DNA of 58,121 nucleotides from an uncultured Christensenella sp. (GTDB lineage Bacteria; Bacillota; Clostridia; Christensenellales; UBA1242): NCBI GenBank assembly GCA_964439345.1, contig CAYTNS010000001.1, positions 13,001 to 71,121 of the forward strand, read 5' to 3'. Shown piece by piece: positions 55,034 to 58,121 of this stretch (position 1 is its first letter; each line of letters starts with the position of its first letter). The notes under the pieces were generated by a model. It saw only the letters and a program-made list of their open reading frames with translations, ran no database searches and was not told where the DNA came from. The position numbers and the translations under genes were made by a program.

Positions 55034-57118
55034 ATGATTATAAACGGAAATTATGTAAGAGTAGACTTTGAGAAAATGAAGCCTAATCTAGTAGAAGCAT
55101 TTACCGAGTATTATGGGGAAGAGCATAGAGAGACAGTAGAGGAGAGAATAAATTCCATTCACTACATTCCATATCACTCTTTTGACTTTGTAAATGAGTA
55201 TTACAAAAAGTACATTACCATTCTAAGAGACCAAATCTTAGATAACTTTTTTGAGGTCACCAAGATAAAAAGGACGGTAGCTAGGGAAGAATTGCTACTT
55301 CCAGAGGAAGCGACCAGCCTAGACGATAGTCCACTACTTACCTATCTAGACCCAGTGTTACTATATCAAACCGAGGGTCTAACTAAAGACACTTTTATAA
55401 AATTAGAAGACTATAGAAAGAAGATTTGTTCGGCTTTCGGTATTCCTAAGACTAGCACAGACTCTGAGATTGATGAAAAAGCCACCAAAATTAGGGATAT
55501 TTTTATGGGTGCTATCCGTAAAGCTGAGAGAGATAACCCCTGCGATATCTTTGAAGATATGGCTAGAATAGATGCAAATGAGGATAAGGCATACAAAGAT
55601 TATTTAAAATTTGCCGAGAAACACGGCTTTAACCCAACTCCACACGATAGAGAATTGATAGATAATTCCAAACATCTAAGGTTAGACAAAACTAGATTAG
55701 ATTGCAATGGTCTACTATTTAACGGAGATATTAGTAGCCCAGGGCTAATTCAATCATATACAAGTGTAGCCAATAAAATAATCGCAAAGGGTAAAAATGA
55801 CGAGCAAAATAGGCTATTTTTAATAATTTACGAAAGATTAAAATATATGAGATCACTAGGAGTAGACTTTAAAGTACTAGATCCCGATGACTTTAACCTA
55901 CTTTCCCCTACTATCAATGTATCGGAAGAAACTATGGCAGACCTACTTAAGGAATATAATTTCCAAGTCCAAGCCGGAAATATTCCTGTCATCAATGCAA
56001 ATATTGCCGATATCCTAGAAGTTAAGAGAAAGGGCTTCTGCGAAAAAATGTACGACAATTGCAAATTTGATGAAAATCTAACACCATCTAAGCCAATGGG
56101 ATTTAATCACACTAGTGAAGACCCAACCCTATCATTCTTTATGCTTCCGGATAATTCTAGAAACAAAGTAAGTAGATTCAATAGATTTGTGTATATCAAC
56201 GAAGACGAATTTTATACACCAGATACCTTCCTAGCAGCAATCTTACACGAGACCAATCATGCAGTGGGTAGTACTATCAAGGTAAAAGACTATCGCCATG
56301 GCGAAGAAAGATGTGGAATTGAGGTTCAAGATGTAAACCTTGTAGGTGATGATATTATTGGTAAAACCGATTTTGACCCTAAAATTAGGGCTATTATGGA
56401 AAATGTCAACGAAAGACAAGCCCAAGATTTAACCCAGATATACCTAGAGAAATTTGGGAACGACCTACCAAAGGGTGATGAGCTAGTTCCTCAAAGACCA
56501 CTACAGATATTATATTCTTACTCAAATTTCCTAACTCAAGAATTTTATTCGCTATTTAACGACCAAATGAAGGAATTTAATATCAATCCCGATTATGATA
56601 TCTACTTTTCTAAGAAACTAACCGATTCACCGGTCGGCAAACTAAAAAATCATGTGAAGAGTAAATTTGATAAGAAATTTAGACCATCGGCATATATGAG
56701 CAGTGGAATCTTAGACTACGAAAAGGTTAGAAGACTAGGTGGTTTAATAAGCGATTGGGAATCTAATTATGTAAATGGAGACACTTTTGGAAACTCCGTT
56801 ACTCCAGATGACCTAATCCAAGGCACAAACATAAGTGAATTGCCTCCACACGTTCTAAGTAAAGTATTCAAGCTAAGAAAGTACAAAGACATCTTGATAA
56901 GCAGTATGATAAAAGACCTAGAGACTTCTGCCCCATATAGACAAATGTCAAACTTACAGGAATTGCTAGGCAATATTGACCTAGAATCATTAGATGCTGA
57001 GACACTAAGCAATATAGGCAATGAACTAGGTGTAGATATCGAAATCCAAAGAGAAAACGATGATAAAAAGCATGTCAAACAAATTACCAAAGAAACGGCT
57101 AAAGAAAGGGATTTTTAG
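55034..57118 (+). CDS. Hypothetical 694-aa cytoplasmic protein with an HExxH motif
   Basis: The track start at 54980 is GTG. The ATG at 55034 follows AAGGTGGGG by 7 nt. It contains LAAILHETNHAVGS, with Glu residues ~20 aa downstream (HGEERCGIE). No family recognised. Confidence 0.7.
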   Translation: MIINGNYVRVDFEKMKPNLVEAFTEYYGEEHRETVEERINSIHYIPYHSFDFVNEYYKKYITILRDQILDNFFEVTKIKRTVAREELLLPEEATSLDDSPLLTYLDPVLLYQTEGLTKDTFIKLEDYRKKICSAFGIPKTSTDSEIDEKATKIRDIFMGAIRKAERDNPCDIFEDMARIDANEDKAYKDYLKFAEKHGFNPTPHDRELIDNSKHLRLDKTRLDCNGLLFNGDISSPGLIQSYTSVANKIIAKGKNDEQNRLFLIIYERLKYMRSLGVDFKVLDPDDFNLLSPTINVSEETMADLLKEYNFQVQAGNIPVINANIADILEVKRKGFCEKMYDNCKFDENLTPSKPMGFNHTSEDPTLSFFMLPDNSRNKVSRFNRFVYINEDEFYTPDTFLAAILHETNHAVGSTIKVKDYRHGEERCGIEVQDVNLVGDDIIGKTDFDPKIRAIMENVNERQAQDLTQIYLEKFGNDLPKGDELVPQRPLQILYSYSNFLTQEFYSLFNDQMKEFNINPDYDIYFSKKLTDSPVGKLKNHVKSKFDKKFRPSAYMSSGILDYEKVRRLGGLISDWESNYVNGDTFGNSVTPDDLIQGTNISELPPHVLSKVFKLRKYKDILISSMIKDLETSAPYRQMSNLQELLGNIDLESLDAETLSNIGNELGVDIEIQRENDDKKHVKQITKETAKERDF

Positions 57119-57225
57119 TAAATCAACTTAAAAACAAAAAAATAAACTAAAATCAATTTTTAGATATTTCAAAAATATACTTTAGTTATTCCAAAATCTG
57201 ATGCCAGATATATTATATTTATATT

Positions 57226-57258
57226 TTATCCACTAGTTTTACTAGTGGATAATTTTTT
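57226..57258 (+). terminator. Intrinsic terminator after the 694-aa gene
   Basis: An 11-bp perfect stem ttatccactag / ctagtggataa with a tttta loop, followed by a T-run. Confidence 0.6.
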
Positions 57259-58121
57259 ATATTTATAGAAATACAGACTTATCCACAATCCCCATCTCAA
57301 TGTGTATAACTCAGTGTCGCAAACCAATTTTACTCCCCTCCATCGTGTATGCTTATACGGGTAAGCGTACACACTCACACGCGTAAAATATATATAATAT
57401 TATAAACTAATTATATTCAAAAACGCGCTTAAAATATTTATTGTGATTAGTATATTTTATGTGTAAAATTCGATTTTTCCTAAGTAGTTTATTTTTCACT
57501 TTTTCAAAAAGCAATCTGAATGCCTTTATACCCTAAAAGCCCCAAAATCGCCCCTTGGAGCGACTTTGCAGTATTTTAGTATCAACAACTCGCAAAATTT
57601 TTAATCGTTCCAAAAATCAAATATTTGAGGTTTTTAAAATTTTACAAATTAGAATTTTTGTTCGATTAGTTTTGCCAACCTAAGAAATTTTCTTCCCTTT
57701 TTACTCTACTAGTTATCTGCTAATTATATTATCTGATGTCCCACTTTTGGGACAAGCAGTTTGCTATTAATAAAATATTCACACGAAAGCAAGGAGAGCC
57801 AATAGATATACCAGTTCCTTCCATTTAAAGGAATTTAAAAACTCACTATCCACTCCAAAAAATTATCATTTTTTAATTTTTATTTATTTTATAAAAATAA
57901 ATAAATTTTTAATTTTTTTGATTTTTCTTATAGCCAGACTTAATATTTTTATTTCTTAGTAGATAATTTTTTATATGATATTTTCGCCCGAAACTCAGAC
58001 TCAAAAATGGCTAAATTTGGTTGTTTTTATAAATTCTTATAAATGGAAGGGGGGAGGGCAATCTATAACTAATACTTGATATATTTGAGATGGATTTTTG
58101 TATTTTTATTTTTTTGAAATT

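Noticed and set aside
57226-57252. An inverted pair of one-mismatch DnaA boxes (TTATCCACT / AGTGGATAA), taken as origin evidence.
   Set aside because: The same 11-bp perfect inverted repeat followed by a T-run is most simply the intrinsic terminator of the upstream 694-aa gene. Only the separate perfect box at 57279 is counted toward the origin hypothesis.

Overview
This is a 58.1 kb, low-GC, standard-code chromosomal segment. It looks like Bacillota or a Mollicutes-like relative: there are T-box leaders on serS and tyrS, a B. subtilis-like tRNA-Glu D-arm, and many lipobox lipoproteins. I saw no LPXTG or sortase. All calls rest on motif recognition by eye; no searches were run.

Housekeeping genes I recognise: gyrB-gyrA, serS, tyrS, thyX (fused double domain), rubrerythrin, degV, radC-like, yqeY, an M20 peptidase, a heterodimeric ABC exporter, an SPFH/zinc-ribbon protein, a serine-palmitoyltransferase-like alpha-oxoamine synthase, and a cardiolipin-synthase-like protein with both HKD motifs substituted. 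About 70% of genes are on the minus strand.

Two regions stand out:
1. A ~17 kb minus-strand operon (20525 to 3306). It encodes a 3476-aa lipobox-anchored repeat/GLUG surface protein, a SipW-type signal peptidase, three TasA/camelysin-like proteins with SipW-cognate signal peptides, a fourth paralog that keeps a long N-terminal tail plus TM anchor, and an 818-aa transglutaminase-core lipoprotein. I read this as a candidate multi-subunit, membrane-anchored TasA-type fibre system.
2. A tRNA-Glu(CUC) gene followed by two 213-bp tandem units and a diverged third copy. Each full unit folds into a ~174-nt hairpin-rich RNA closed by a copy of the tRNA acceptor stem plus ACCA, and each is followed by its own terminator hairpin.

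Smaller observations are listed in the findings: DnaA-box clusters and a 1 kb ORF-free AT-rich right end, several orphan proteins, and apparent CTAG over-representation. I recognised no CRISPR array, transposase or integrase.
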